Positions 22,106 to 31,498 of a stretch of 64,000 bases of DNA are shown here, piece by piece. The stretch comes from an uncultured virus (IMG/VR IMGVR_UViG_3300010226_000003) (taxonomy: Duplodnaviria; Heunggongvirae; Uroviricota; Caudoviricetes). The translations under genes and the position numbers were made by a program. Every line of letters begins with the position of its first letter. The stretch's first letter is position 1. The stretch lies in the IMG/VR virus record IMGVR_UViG_3300010226_000003; one strand, 5' to 3'. The notes beneath the pieces were generated by a model. The model was not told the origin of the DNA, did not search any database, and saw nothing but the letters and a program-made list of their open reading frames with translations.

Positions 22106-22471
22106 TCAGTCACCTTCTCCCAGAATTCCAATGCCGATTTCGGCAAATTCAAGGGTCTCTGGAGAGACCCCCTGATTCTTGGCTTCTGCACGACGCTTGA
22201 TATCTTCAAACGTTGTCGCCGTACTATCAGTAGGGTCTTCGAGATCGATTCCCTTTAGGGCCGCTGCGAACTTGTTCTTCTGGAAATCCTGATCTCTTTT
22301 AGATTCCAGAAGTGATTGAAGTTCGGCCAGTGTTAGATTCTCTTCCATTTCTTCGAAGTTCTTCCAAATACCGAGCAAAAATAGCTCGGCTTCAAGCTTT
22401 GCTAGGTCTAGCTTGTCCCATCCGCCGTCGCCGTCATCATCGCCGCCCTCGCTGCGGCTTCCAGTTCCGGG
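22106..22471 (-). CDS. tail assembly chaperone, downstream (-1 frame) part
   Basis: -1 frame open from ~22471: ...DDDGDGGWDKLDLAKLEAELFLLGIWKNFEE...; between chaperone and TMP. Confidence 0.7.
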   Translation of the reverse strand, partial: PGTGSRSEGGDDDGDGGWDKLDLAKLEAELFLLGIWKNFEEMEENLTLAELQSLLESKRDQDFQKNKFAAALKGIDLEDPTDSTATTFEDIKRRAEAKNQGVSPETLEFAEIGIGILGEGD

Positions 22472-22758
22472 TCATTCAGCTTGATTCCTGCGCAGATTTC
22501 GATGATCTTGTGAACGGTCGGAATGTCCACAGCTTCTTCATACTTTTCATCATCCTCGTATGCTGGGTAAAGACTTGCCAGGCAAATCTTTGCAGCATCG
22601 ATAATGAAATCTACTACGTCGTCCTCTTCCTTAACCTCTCCAAGTTCCTTCCACTTCTTCATGAACTTGCGAAGGTTCTTAATGTTCAGAGGCTTAAGTG
22701 TTACTTCTTCACCATCCTGGAGAAGGATCTCCTCTGTGGTGTAAACGCTTGTTGCCAA
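22408..22758 (-). CDS. tail assembly chaperone
   Basis: 116 aa acidic ORF between major tail and TMP, AGGAGG RBS. Confidence 0.8.
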   Translation of the reverse strand: MATSVYTTEEILLQDGEEVTLKPLNIKNLRKFMKKWKELGEVKEEDDVVDFIIDAAKICLASLYPAYEDDEKYEEAVDIPTVHKIIEICAGIKLNDPELEAAARAAMMTATADGTS

Positions 22759-22812
22759 TTTTCCTCCTAGTGTTTGTCATCATTATATCAACGGATTGTC
22801 ACAATCCAAAAT

Positions 22813-22840
22813 GCGAAAGCCCCCTTTCGGGGGCTAACGC
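22813..22840 (-). terminator. terminator after major tail gene
   Basis: AGCCCCC-GAAA-GGGGGCT hairpin plus TTT. Confidence 0.7.
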
Positions 22841-22854
22841 TGAAAGTCGTGGTA

Positions 22855-23478
22855 TTAGGCGATGTTCCTGTCCTTAATCACACCGTATTCCTGTCCTGAG
22901 AAGCTTGGATCTGGAAGTAGACGGAATGAGACTGGGAATACCGTAGCCTCATTTCTCCTCAGTGAATGAGAAGAAGACTCGATTGATAGAGCACGTCTTA
23001 CGTGGTAAATACGCTCTCTCTTCGTACCTGCGTCAGCTCGTGGCGCAGGACCAACGAATGCGACGGAACGCTCAGTTGGCTCGTCTCCTAGAGAACCTGC
23101 TGCAATAGCTAGAGTTTCCTCAGTTGCAGTGGTGTCATAGGTATCATTCTGCTGTCCCCAAACGACTAGAAGATTCTCAAGAGTTGCCTCGGAGAAGGTG
23201 GTGTTAACCATTACTCGCATGGACTGCTTGAATAGCTTCGCGGAGTCAAGGAGCTGGTCAACCTCTACTTCACCGTAGTCTGGCTCGTAAGAGACCTCAA
23301 CACCTTCACTGGTAAATCCTGTGTGTCGCCAATTCGCTGATGCGTCTAGCGCAGGAACATAACTACCAGTTCCGGATACGGTTGGAAGGGCTGGCGCGCT
23401 GGTCCATTCAGTAGAGTCTTCTGCTGAAAGGTAAACGGCAGCGGCACCGATGATAATGTTCTTAACCTTGTACGTCAT
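22855..23478 (-). CDS. major tail protein
   Basis: NIIIGAA...GFTSEGVEVSYEP...VDQLLD...FPVSFRLLPD siphophage tail tube pattern. Confidence 0.85.
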   Translation of the reverse strand: MTYKVKNIIIGAAAVYLSAEDSTEWTSAPALPTVSGTGSYVPALDASANWRHTGFTSEGVEVSYEPDYGEVEVDQLLDSAKLFKQSMRVMVNTTFSEATLENLLVVWGQQNDTYDTTATEETLAIAAGSLGDEPTERSVAFVGPAPRADAGTKRERIYHVRRALSIESSSHSLRRNEATVFPVSFRLLPDPSFSGQEYGVIKDRNIA

Positions 23479-23584
23479 ATTTGCTTGTCACCTCTTTTCT
23501 GAAAAAGTATATCGTTTGTGTTGGCTAGACACACTTCCTCAATTGCCTTCATAGTATATGAAGATTGATTATCATGCGAATTTG

Positions 23585-24088
23585 TTAGACTCGCATGCCA
23601 TCTTGGTCAAGCTGAGAGGTGAAACAGATATTAACGATTACTGAACCTGAGTATCTACCACCGGCCTGAACTTCTGGTTCAATTGATGCCATGCTGATGA
23701 TTCTTGTGTACTTGAAGTCAAACTTCTTCTGCTCTGCTGTGCCGAATTCTCTCAAGTAATCATTGATGTCATCTGCTGCCCAGTCGTATCTCTTGAGTAG
23801 CTGATTAAGATAGTTAGAGATCTGTCTGATCTGCTTTTCATTGTCAGAGTAGATGATGTATGCAGCCTGTTCATGCTCAAGCCACCAGTCTTCGTACTCG
23901 CCATTAGATGCGTAATTGTAAACAAAGAACGGAACACCAGAGGGCAGGTTAGTTAGTTCCGGCTGCTGCTGTGCCGGAATGAATGGTGACAGCCCATTGT
24001 ACTTGGACAGATCAATTAGGTTTTCTCCGCTGAGCTGATCAATGAGAAACTTGTTTAGTGCATGTGTTGCTGTAATGTCATATGTCAT
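23585..24088 (-). CDS. tail terminator / head-tail joining protein
   Basis: 167 aa directly before major tail. Confidence 0.6.
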   Translation of the reverse strand: MTYDITATHALNKFLIDQLSGENLIDLSKYNGLSPFIPAQQQPELTNLPSGVPFFVYNYASNGEYEDWWLEHEQAAYIIYSDNEKQIRQISNYLNQLLKRYDWAADDINDYLREFGTAEQKKFDFKYTRIISMASIEPEVQAGGRYSGSVIVNICFTSQLDQDGMRV

Positions 24089-24873
24089 TGTGCCTTCCTC
24101 CTTGCCTCGTTCTTTCTGTTTCTTTCCTGTAGGAATTCAAGGGCTAGTCGTGAGCCGTCTGCCATAGCTGATCTTGAGTCTGCCACTGCAATGCTTCCTG
24201 TTCTGAACTTAGCCTTCTTAAATCTTCTCATGAATCTTGATAGGGCGCTACTGTTAAGATCTCTCTCAAGCACTCTCTTGATTTCACTATTGAATACTTG
24301 ATCTGCTCCTGCTCCACCCCACCAATTGGACCAAGCTGCTGTGAATGCTCCAGTGGTTCCCATTCCACCGGGATTTTGTACGAAGATCGGACCCTTTGTG
24401 AAAACAATGTCTCCGCGCTCGTTAGGGAATGCAAGCATCTTAGCTCTCTTAGGCTTGATCGTTACTCCGATGTTATACTCCATGACCATTGCCTTATAGA
24501 TGAATCTATGCTTTCTCATGAATGGCTTCTTGTTTCCCTCTGGAAGAGGCACTGGCAACACAGATGCCCTGAATTCAAATGAAGCATACTTGTTGGCTCC
24601 ACGTCCTCGGAGAACATTCTTCCAAAGCTGATTCTGAGGAACACCAATCCTTCCCCAGTCATATACGTGGTGGAATTGATTTGGAGCTGTTGGTGCGATG
24701 ACTGACATGTATGCATCGAACTTGGAAGACATTGCTGAGTGAGCATAGTCTAGCACCGGAGCCATATTGACATCAGCCTTAATTTGTGTAGACAAAGTAG
24801 ACAAGAAGCCAGTAAGTGCACTGACTTCTGTCGTGTCCGCTGTCACACCCACGAAAGCCTTACCCTTAGCCAC
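24085..24873 (-). CDS. neck / tail completion protein
   Basis: GTG start MAKGKAFVG..., VTIKPKRAKMLAF motif; position. Confidence 0.6.
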   Translation of the reverse strand: MAKGKAFVGVTADTTEVSALTGFLSTLSTQIKADVNMAPVLDYAHSAMSSKFDAYMSVIAPTAPNQFHHVYDWGRIGVPQNQLWKNVLRGRGANKYASFEFRASVLPVPLPEGNKKPFMRKHRFIYKAMVMEYNIGVTIKPKRAKMLAFPNERGDIVFTKGPIFVQNPGGMGTTGAFTAAWSNWWGGAGADQVFNSEIKRVLERDLNSSALSRFMRRFKKAKFRTGSIAVADSRSAMADGSRLALEFLQERNRKNEARRKAQ

Positions 24874-25360
24874 TCTGGACCTCTGCTCTCTGCAATAGGG
24901 CAGTATTTTCGATGTGATTTCCAAATGGATCAACTACGGGAGTAGATCCCATAACTTGGAATACCGTAGCTGGCGCTTGATTGATTTCTTCCTCTCGCCA
25001 GATAAGATCTCCTCGGGAGTTCGTGATGTTCGTAACCCTGTCGTACTTGCTAAGAACAACTGACGCAGGGAATTGAATGATCGCCCAGTCAACGTTCTCA
25101 TAGATATCAGAAAACCTCTGAGTCGTTCCTGCTGCACGAATACCTCCATTGGTTACACCTCTTACCATGCAATTGATAACAAGGGTCTGATTTCCAGGTG
25201 TGTCACTGTCTTCGTCTGCTACCCATACTCTTTCAATTGCACCAGAGTCTGGATCTTGTACTGTTTCCCAATGTCCACCGGGATTTTCCTGTGGATTGGT
25301 TCCAGCCTGACGAAGTACAGTTGCCCGCATATTGAAGCGAGATCCAATAAGACAACTCAT
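24866..25360 (-). CDS. head-to-tail stopper (head closure)
   Basis: 164 aa beta-rich, position after adaptor. Confidence 0.6.
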   Translation of the reverse strand: MSCLIGSRFNMRATVLRQAGTNPQENPGGHWETVQDPDSGAIERVWVADEDSDTPGNQTLVINCMVRGVTNGGIRAAGTTQRFSDIYENVDWAIIQFPASVVLSKYDRVTNITNSRGDLIWREEEINQAPATVFQVMGSTPVVDPFGNHIENTALLQRAEVQSG

Positions 25361-26229
25361 ATTACCACCAAGTTACTTAGCTTGTATGGGTTGAGAAGCT
25401 GGTCTGCCTTTAGGTTTCCAGTTCCGTCATATGCAGCCTGAGTATATTCAATTCTCCAGTCTGCCGCCTTCATTGAATTGAGGTACTTGTCTCTGTAAGA
25501 GCTGTCCTGGCAGGCGTAATCTGAAATCAATAGCTTAGCTGCTTCCACAACAGGAGTAGGAATTGATTCGTATCCCCAATCCCCCTCAATGGTGTAGTAA
25601 GATGTGTACTTGAAATCCTTCTTCTTGACAACGCCCGGAGCGTAAATGACTCCAGAGCTGAATTCGTCTAGGACACTCTCTGGTGGAGCGTCCTTGATTG
25701 TCCAATATGCACCAGGAGTCTGGCCAAGGAACCATCCTTCGCCTCTGATGGTAAATGAACTAATGGCGTAGTCAAACAGGTCGTCTGACATTTCTCGCAA
25801 TGTCAGAAGGGGCATTGGAAGGGCTAGCTGAGTGCTGTCGTTACCTACGACATCGATAGTTCCTCGGAACTTCCCGAAAGTCTGCCCAGTGTAAGCCTCA
25901 ATGATCCTTCGTACGATCCTTTCTGCGTCGTACTGATCTTCTGTGGATACGCCATCTAGAAGTGCATCAAGAGTAGACAAAGGAATGATCGGAGTGACAA
26001 TGTCAACCCAAGTAGCTCTTTCAAATCCTGTCTGCTTCCAAACAATCTTCAACGTTCCATTGTATTCAGTGAGGTGCCAATCGATTGCAACTGTGTGAAT
26101 ACCGTTAGATGACGTGACTGGTAGGTTTGTAGAAAGCACTTCATCACCGCGATAAATATCAGCGGTTAGCGTTCCTGTAACTGGATGTTCCAGCGTTGCT
26201 ACGCTAGAAGTGTCTCTGTAAATTTCCAT
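25357..26229 (-). CDS. head-to-tail adaptor
   Basis: IIEAYTGQTF...GDWGYESIPTPVVEAAKLL adaptor pattern. Confidence 0.75.
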   Translation of the reverse strand: MEIYRDTSSVATLEHPVTGTLTADIYRGDEVLSTNLPVTSSNGIHTVAIDWHLTEYNGTLKIVWKQTGFERATWVDIVTPIIPLSTLDALLDGVSTEDQYDAERIVRRIIEAYTGQTFGKFRGTIDVVGNDSTQLALPMPLLTLREMSDDLFDYAISSFTIRGEGWFLGQTPGAYWTIKDAPPESVLDEFSSGVIYAPGVVKKKDFKYTSYYTIEGDWGYESIPTPVVEAAKLLISDYACQDSSYRDKYLNSMKAADWRIEYTQAAYDGTGNLKADQLLNPYKLSNLVVI

Positions 26230-26285
26230 GAATGAATTATAGATCCTCGAAGGTTAAATAGCAAAGAGGCCCCGAAGGGCCTCTA

Positions 26286-26681
26286 TCAGCTATAAAATTC
26301 CTTTACTTCTCTCGGTGAAGCGATGCGGAATCCCTCATAGGATTCGATAATGTAATCTGCATCTCTTTCAGCTACAAGAGCATAAGGATTGGTCTGGGTG
26401 AATCGCGCACCGCGCACTTCGAATGTACCGTTGGCTCTAGTCATCCTTAGTAGAATCTTACTAGATCCGTCGTCTTCCGCTGGCTCATCAAACACCGGGG
26501 CTGGCTGAACCTTTTCGGAATTCTCAGCAGCCTGTACCTGACGCTGGTGATAATCAAATGTAACTCCGCTGTCGATCAGCTTGTTGATAATCACTGTCTT
26601 ATTGTCGGAAGGATCAACGTCAACTGCGTATGCATCCGCTAGCTCACGAAGCTCGTCCACCTTCATCTTGTTGTAACTCAT
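26286..26681 (-). CDS. hypothetical virion-region protein (Rho-N/HeH-like N-terminus)
   Basis: MKVDELRELADAYAVDV...KTVIINKL. Confidence 0.65.
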   Translation of the reverse strand: MSYNKMKVDELRELADAYAVDVDPSDNKTVIINKLIDSGVTFDYHQRQVQAAENSEKVQPAPVFDEPAEDDGSSKILLRMTRANGTFEVRGARFTQTNPYALVAERDADYIIESYEGFRIASPREVKEFYS

Positions 26682-26710
26682 ATTTCCTCCATAGGACGAT
26701 TATAACACAG

Positions 26711-26736
26711 AAAGGAGGGCCGAAGCCCTCCCTTCT
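26711..26736 (-). terminator. terminator after major capsid gene
   Basis: GGAGGG-CTTCGG-CCCTCC-TTT. Confidence 0.75.
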
Positions 26737-26754
26737 ATTTTGCCACATAACTAA

Positions 26755-27750
26755 TTAGGCTGCAATCTTGACGTTCTTTACGACAACGAATGCGTCGGCG
26801 TTCTCAATCTGAGTACCTACACGGCAGTACATTGTGTACTCCGTGGTGTCCTTCTTAGGCTTGAACTCAGTGAAGATCTGGACCTCACGCTTTACACCCC
26901 ATAGCATATTCTGCGGGAATGTTAGCCATACATCTGCGTGGTCACCAGAAGCTCCTGAGTAGTCACCATCAAGGGTTTCCTCGAATAGAGGAACCTCCTG
27001 CACTGGAATACCGAATGCATTTCCGGTTGTGAAACCGGCAGGACCATCAGTACGTACACTGCTGTTGATACCCGCAGCCGCTAGGGCTTCTGGAGTAACG
27101 TAGTCAGCAGAAGTGTTCTGTAGACTGAATAGGTAGTCCTGGATTACATTGGAACCAGTGAAGAACTTAAGACCGTTACGACGCTGCATGTACTTACGTG
27201 GCATAGCCTTAAGAGCCTTGTTGAAGACTGAACGGTCAACGCCGTTTCCGCCGTGGTCAATTACATGACCTCCAGCAAGAGCACGCTTGCGCCATCCATC
27301 AAAAGCCTTTAGTAGTGGATTACCGGTTAGGGCAGTGTCACCATTAATTGCTAGATCCTCAAGGTCGTTACCGGCCTGAGTAGCCATTAGACGTGCAATG
27401 TGGTCTTCAAGGGCTTCACCCTCAATGTTGTCCTCAAGGGACTCCGTGGAGATTTCCCAGTCTAGACGAAGCTTCTTGGTGGTAAGAGAAATCTTAGAGA
27501 AGGTCGCTCCAGCGTTTACACCGTCGTCAACGGCCTCTGTAGCTACTCTCATTAGACGCTCACCAATTCCGAGCTTGTCAATGTCAACTGTATCGGCTCT
27601 CATACGGATGGTACGAACCTGGGTACCGAGAACAGTGGCTTCCCACATGTAATCGATGAATCGGTTAGACTGCTCTGCGTTTAGCAGACCACCTCCACCA
27701 GATGCTACCTCAGTGGTACGAATGACCTTTTCAATTAGCTCATCGCTCAT
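26755..27750 (-). CDS. major capsid protein (HK97 fold)
   Basis: GGGLLNAEQSNRFID...EISTESLEDNIEG...DLEDLAINGD; follows scaffold; terminator downstream. Confidence 0.9.
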   Translation of the reverse strand: MSDELIEKVIRTTEVASGGGGLLNAEQSNRFIDYMWEATVLGTQVRTIRMRADTVDIDKLGIGERLMRVATEAVDDGVNAGATFSKISLTTKKLRLDWEISTESLEDNIEGEALEDHIARLMATQAGNDLEDLAINGDTALTGNPLLKAFDGWRKRALAGGHVIDHGGNGVDRSVFNKALKAMPRKYMQRRNGLKFFTGSNVIQDYLFSLQNTSADYVTPEALAAAGINSSVRTDGPAGFTTGNAFGIPVQEVPLFEETLDGDYSGASGDHADVWLTFPQNMLWGVKREVQIFTEFKPKKDTTEYTMYCRVGTQIENADAFVVVKNVKIAA

Positions 27751-27782
27751 AGTTGTTGTTCACCTCTTTTCCTTTCAAAGAT

Positions 27783-29069
27783 TTACTTAATGTCGGATAC
27801 ACTGAGGAAGTGTCCGCCCCACTTTGAGCCGTTACCCTTGGTAATGGTCTCTTCCTTTGACGCGCCAACGTCGCCGGACTTCTTAATAGCCGTTTCCTTT
27901 TCCACGCTGTCTAGACGCTTTGTAACGTCATCAGCCTGCTTGGAAAGGCTGTCAAACTTTTCGCTGAGTTCGCCGTGCTTTTCGACTAGCTCAGTAAACT
28001 TAGAGTCGAAAGCCTTGTTGATTTCCTCAACCTTGCCCTCGATAGCCTTAATTTCCTCAGCAGTGGCCTCACGAGTCTGCTCTAGGCCCTTCTTAATTGT
28101 TTCCTGGACCTGCTCTAGCATCTTCTCGAAGTTTGGCTCATCTGCGCCACCTTCGTCTACCTCTGCTGCTGTTTCCTCACCAGACTCTACAGTTCCATCG
28201 GCCTCAACCTCTGGAGCATTCTCAGTAGTTGATTCCTCAACTGGAGTCTCTGATTCGGCGCGACCCTGTTCTGCAACAGCATCGCCTTCATTTCCCTTAG
28301 TCACTTGTTCTGCACCTCCTTCGTGAGTGTCCTCTGTGTCAGAAGAATTTCTAAATTCGTTGATCACCTTGGCCATCTTCTCAGAACGAGAAGTGGAGTC
28401 GGTTTCAAACCAGCCGACGTTCTGCATTGACTTATTACATACTGGACATGCGTATGAATCGTCAGCGGTTGTCTTTGCAATTTCATCCTTTGGACACCAA
28501 AAGACATTCTCTACGGAAGTTTCTGCGACCATTCCCTTCATCACCTGACCATCAGCAGTTTTCTGAATACTGAATACATTGGCTAGCTGATTGGCAGGAC
28601 TGTCTACAAGAGAAAGCTCGATAAGCTCATAATCCTTGATGAATCTTACGTTAGTCTCGGCATCCTTATTCCACTGGGTTTCCGCATCCACGATGTTACC
28701 ACCAATGCTGAATCCCGTAAGAGTACCGTCAAGTACCTTTTCCCATGTGTCCTGAGCACCCTTTGAAACATAGACAGTTGCGAAAATACCACGGTAGAAC
28801 TTCTCGGTCGTTGGGTCGTAGAATTCTTCTTCCCTGAAATCGATCATCTTTCCCACCGCGATTGGCTGATGCATCTCACGAATGTTTCCACGGAATCGTG
28901 AAAACGCCTTTTGACTAGCCTCAGCTAGCACAATGTCGCCATGAGAGTCGAAGTTGTCAAGAGTGGCAAATCCACTTACTTGACGCTTCTCCACATCATA
29001 CTTCGCAATTGGCATAGTCAGACGGAGATTATCTCCATCAGAATGCCAGGATGCCTTTTCAATCTTCAT
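27783..29069 (-). CDS. capsid maturation protease fused to scaffold domain
   Basis: REMHQPIAVG, GFSIGG and ELSLVDSPAN protease motifs, then acidic coiled-coil. Confidence 0.88.
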   Translation of the reverse strand: MKIEKASWHSDGDNLRLTMPIAKYDVEKRQVSGFATLDNFDSHGDIVLAEASQKAFSRFRGNIREMHQPIAVGKMIDFREEEFYDPTTEKFYRGIFATVYVSKGAQDTWEKVLDGTLTGFSIGGNIVDAETQWNKDAETNVRFIKDYELIELSLVDSPANQLANVFSIQKTADGQVMKGMVAETSVENVFWCPKDEIAKTTADDSYACPVCNKSMQNVGWFETDSTSRSEKMAKVINEFRNSSDTEDTHEGGAEQVTKGNEGDAVAEQGRAESETPVEESTTENAPEVEADGTVESGEETAAEVDEGGADEPNFEKMLEQVQETIKKGLEQTREATAEEIKAIEGKVEEINKAFDSKFTELVEKHGELSEKFDSLSKQADDVTKRLDSVEKETAIKKSGDVGASKEETITKGNGSKWGGHFLSVSDIK

Positions 29070-29071
29070 GT

Positions 29072-29530
29072 TCATATAGTATTGACTTTGTTATTATCAT
29101 GCAACTCAGGATCAATAAACTTCTTGTTTACCCTCAAGTTAATGGCCACAAAGGCGCAGTAGAGGCTTACCATGAATGAATTGATCCATCCTACTGACTG
29201 CCAAGAGCCAAGGATGTAGAATACGGCGATGACAAGCCAGTAGTAGAATCCTGCCGCAGCGCCTGTGTGCAATGCTCGGTAACTCTGCTTCCATACTCCT
29301 CGAAGCATGAACAATCCAATGAGCATCGCAACAATTCCCCAGACGATCTCTGGGGCCAGTCTTTCCATGTATTCGTAGATTACACTTCTATCAAATGTTG
29401 ACCAAGGAAGGGTCAGCCACAATCCCCACACGAAAGTATATGCTCCCATGATAGAGATTGCGGCTGTATTGATTGGCTTCCTTAGTCCACGAGCAATTTC
29501 ATCTGTCTTGTGCCAGATCTTACTTGTCAC
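29072..29530 (-). CDS. 4-TM membrane protein
   Basis: four hydrophobic segments in 152 aa. Confidence 0.75.
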   Translation of the reverse strand: MTSKIWHKTDEIARGLRKPINTAAISIMGAYTFVWGLWLTLPWSTFDRSVIYEYMERLAPEIVWGIVAMLIGLFMLRGVWKQSYRALHTGAAAGFYYWLVIAVFYILGSWQSVGWINSFMVSLYCAFVAINLRVNKKFIDPELHDNNKVNTI

Positions 29531-31110
29531 TGAACTTGCCTTCCGTCACCCTTAGCGTTTCTTCCCTCTCCTGAATTATCTGGAGAATTGGCTGAGCGTT
29601 GTGCGTCACGCTGCCTTGTTTGATTTGTCTGAGCCCTTGCCTCGGCCTGCTGCTGTGGCTTCTGCTCGACCACCTTGTCACCACCATCGAGACCAGGCAT
29701 GCCCTTACGAGCACGAATCTCGTTAGGTACCATCCACTGGTTTCTGATAGCTCTCTCATCAATCTTGCTCTGAGTATCTTCGTCTGTAAGAGATAGCTCG
29801 TTGAGATGAATGAGGAATACGTCAGTGACTTCTCTCATAACCTTGTTTAGCTTGTTTTCGAAGATAGTCTGTTCTGGACGACAGACCTGCTCCTTAAATG
29901 TCTTGTCAGCATCTCGGGCAACTGCAAGGCTTACTCCCTCTGCAAGACCTACCTTTGAAATAGGAACTCGGTGAGCCATGAGGATATCATTCAGGTTTCC
30001 CTTACGGTAATTGTTGAATGATGAATCCTGGGTTCCAGCTTCCACCGGCTTCATTTCAAATGATGTCTTTCTGTCCTGCTCATCGGCTGGCAGAGGAACA
30101 TACAGAGTTCTGTGATTCTTTCCCTTTAGGGAAGTCTGGAAGAACTCANNNNNNNNNNCAGTAATTCTGCGCTCTGCTGCTGGAGAAAGCTTTCCACCCT
30201 TAATGATGATGACGTAACGTGGAACAGCCTTGTTCTCGAAGTAGTCAAGGTTGAAGCGTGTGGCAAATTCATTACCAGCTACCGCAGCCTTGGCAGCAAC
30301 GATGTCAGGAATTCCGTAGAATCCATTGCTTGGTGCGTACTTCTTGATGTGGATTACTTCATTAGGTCTGCTGTCTCCACCCACCGGGTCAGTTGTCTTA
30401 CTGTCTCCGAAGTTTCGGAAGAATACAGCCTTATTTGAAATGATCTGAACAAAGCCATCTCTGGCCTGTCGAATTCTCATGCTAGTGCTTGGAACGTGAC
30501 CGATGTAACCGATCTCTCCTGTGTTCTTTCGACCAATCTCAAGGTAGCCGTTTCCGGTAACCTCGTAGTCTGTCCACACCTTAATGAGAGTTTCGATAAA
30601 GTCGTCTTCTTCATTACAGCTAGCAATCCATTCCATAAGGCGCTGCTTTTCTCTTTCGAGCTTAGCTCGTGCCTTCTTGGTCTTGTCTTCTCCATCAATC
30701 TTATCTAGGGCCTGCTTTGTCGCCGGGCTTTCTACGAGATCGTAGCCAAGTCCAACAATGTTGGCCACCTTAGCCTTTACGGCTGAGTAATGTGGAGGAG
30801 ATACTTCATATAGCTTTGCAAGATAATCGAGGTTGTATGGCGGAAGGATTACCTTGAATGCGTTGTATCCAGTGATGTCCTCCGTCTCAATCTTCTTTGA
30901 GGCAGCACCATCTGTACCACGATAGAACTTATTGATCTGCTTCGTGGTACTGATCTTGAAGGAACGTGATAGTCCGTCCATCTCCCTGATCTCGGAAGCC
31001 TTTCTCAGAAATGGATCAGGATCGTGATCAATTGTTCTGGAGACTTCATTGCCTAGGGAGACTTCAATGAACTGTTCCTCTTCTGCCTCTACGACTCGAT
31101 TATCTGTCAT
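29527..31110 (-). CDS. portal protein (N-gap 30149-30158)
   Basis: TGNGYLEI, NEVIHIK, FYGIP, ILMAHRVP, NEIRARKG motifs. Confidence 0.92.
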   Translation of the reverse strand: MTDNRVVEAEEEQFIEVSLGNEVSRTIDHDPDPFLRKASEIREMDGLSRSFKISTTKQINKFYRGTDGAASKKIETEDITGYNAFKVILPPYNLDYLAKLYEVSPPHYSAVKAKVANIVGLGYDLVESPATKQALDKIDGEDKTKKARAKLEREKQRLMEWIASCNEEDDFIETLIKVWTDYEVTGNGYLEIGRKNTGEIGYIGHVPSTSMRIRQARDGFVQIISNKAVFFRNFGDSKTTDPVGGDSRPNEVIHIKKYAPSNGFYGIPDIVAAKAAVAGNEFATRFNLDYFENKAVPRYVIIIKGGKLSPAAERRITXXXXEFFQTSLKGKNHRTLYVPLPADEQDRKTSFEMKPVEAGTQDSSFNNYRKGNLNDILMAHRVPISKVGLAEGVSLAVARDADKTFKEQVCRPEQTIFENKLNKVMREVTDVFLIHLNELSLTDEDTQSKIDERAIRNQWMVPNEIRARKGMPGLDGGDKVVEQKPQQQAEARAQTNQTRQRDAQRSANSPDNSGEGRNAKGDGRQVQ

Positions 31111-31435
31111 TGTGCTCCTTGTAAATCTGCTCGCTTACTAGAGCAGGGATATCATTCTCGTCTGGAATAAGTCCGAATGCCTGACGCTGCTTCTGATATT
31201 CAAATTCCTCGTCATCAATCTTTCGATGACCAGAAAGAAACACAGGCTTTCCAACCATAACTCCGTAGTGACGCACGGCCTCAGTAAGCTCGTTGATACG
31301 CTTTGGGTCGTCCTTCATGGCTGCAATGGAAAGGAAGTTTCCTTCGTCGTCTCCGACCCATGCACCATTAGGCATTTCCCATACGTATACACCGTAAGCG
31401 GCCTCGTCTACTATCTGCATTCTTTGCTTCTTCAT
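31100..31435 (-). CDS. hypothetical protein upstream of portal
   Basis: 111 aa, own leaderless promoter. Confidence 0.7.
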   Translation of the reverse strand: MKKQRMQIVDEAAYGVYVWEMPNGAWVGDDEGNFLSIAAMKDDPKRINELTEAVRHYGVMVGKPVFLSGHRKIDDEEFEYQKQRQAFGLIPDENDIPALVSEQIYKEHNDR

Positions 31436-31498
31436 GGACATATCATAAGGACATTAGCATTAAAAAGCAAAAGTGGCCCCGACATTGGGGCCACATGC

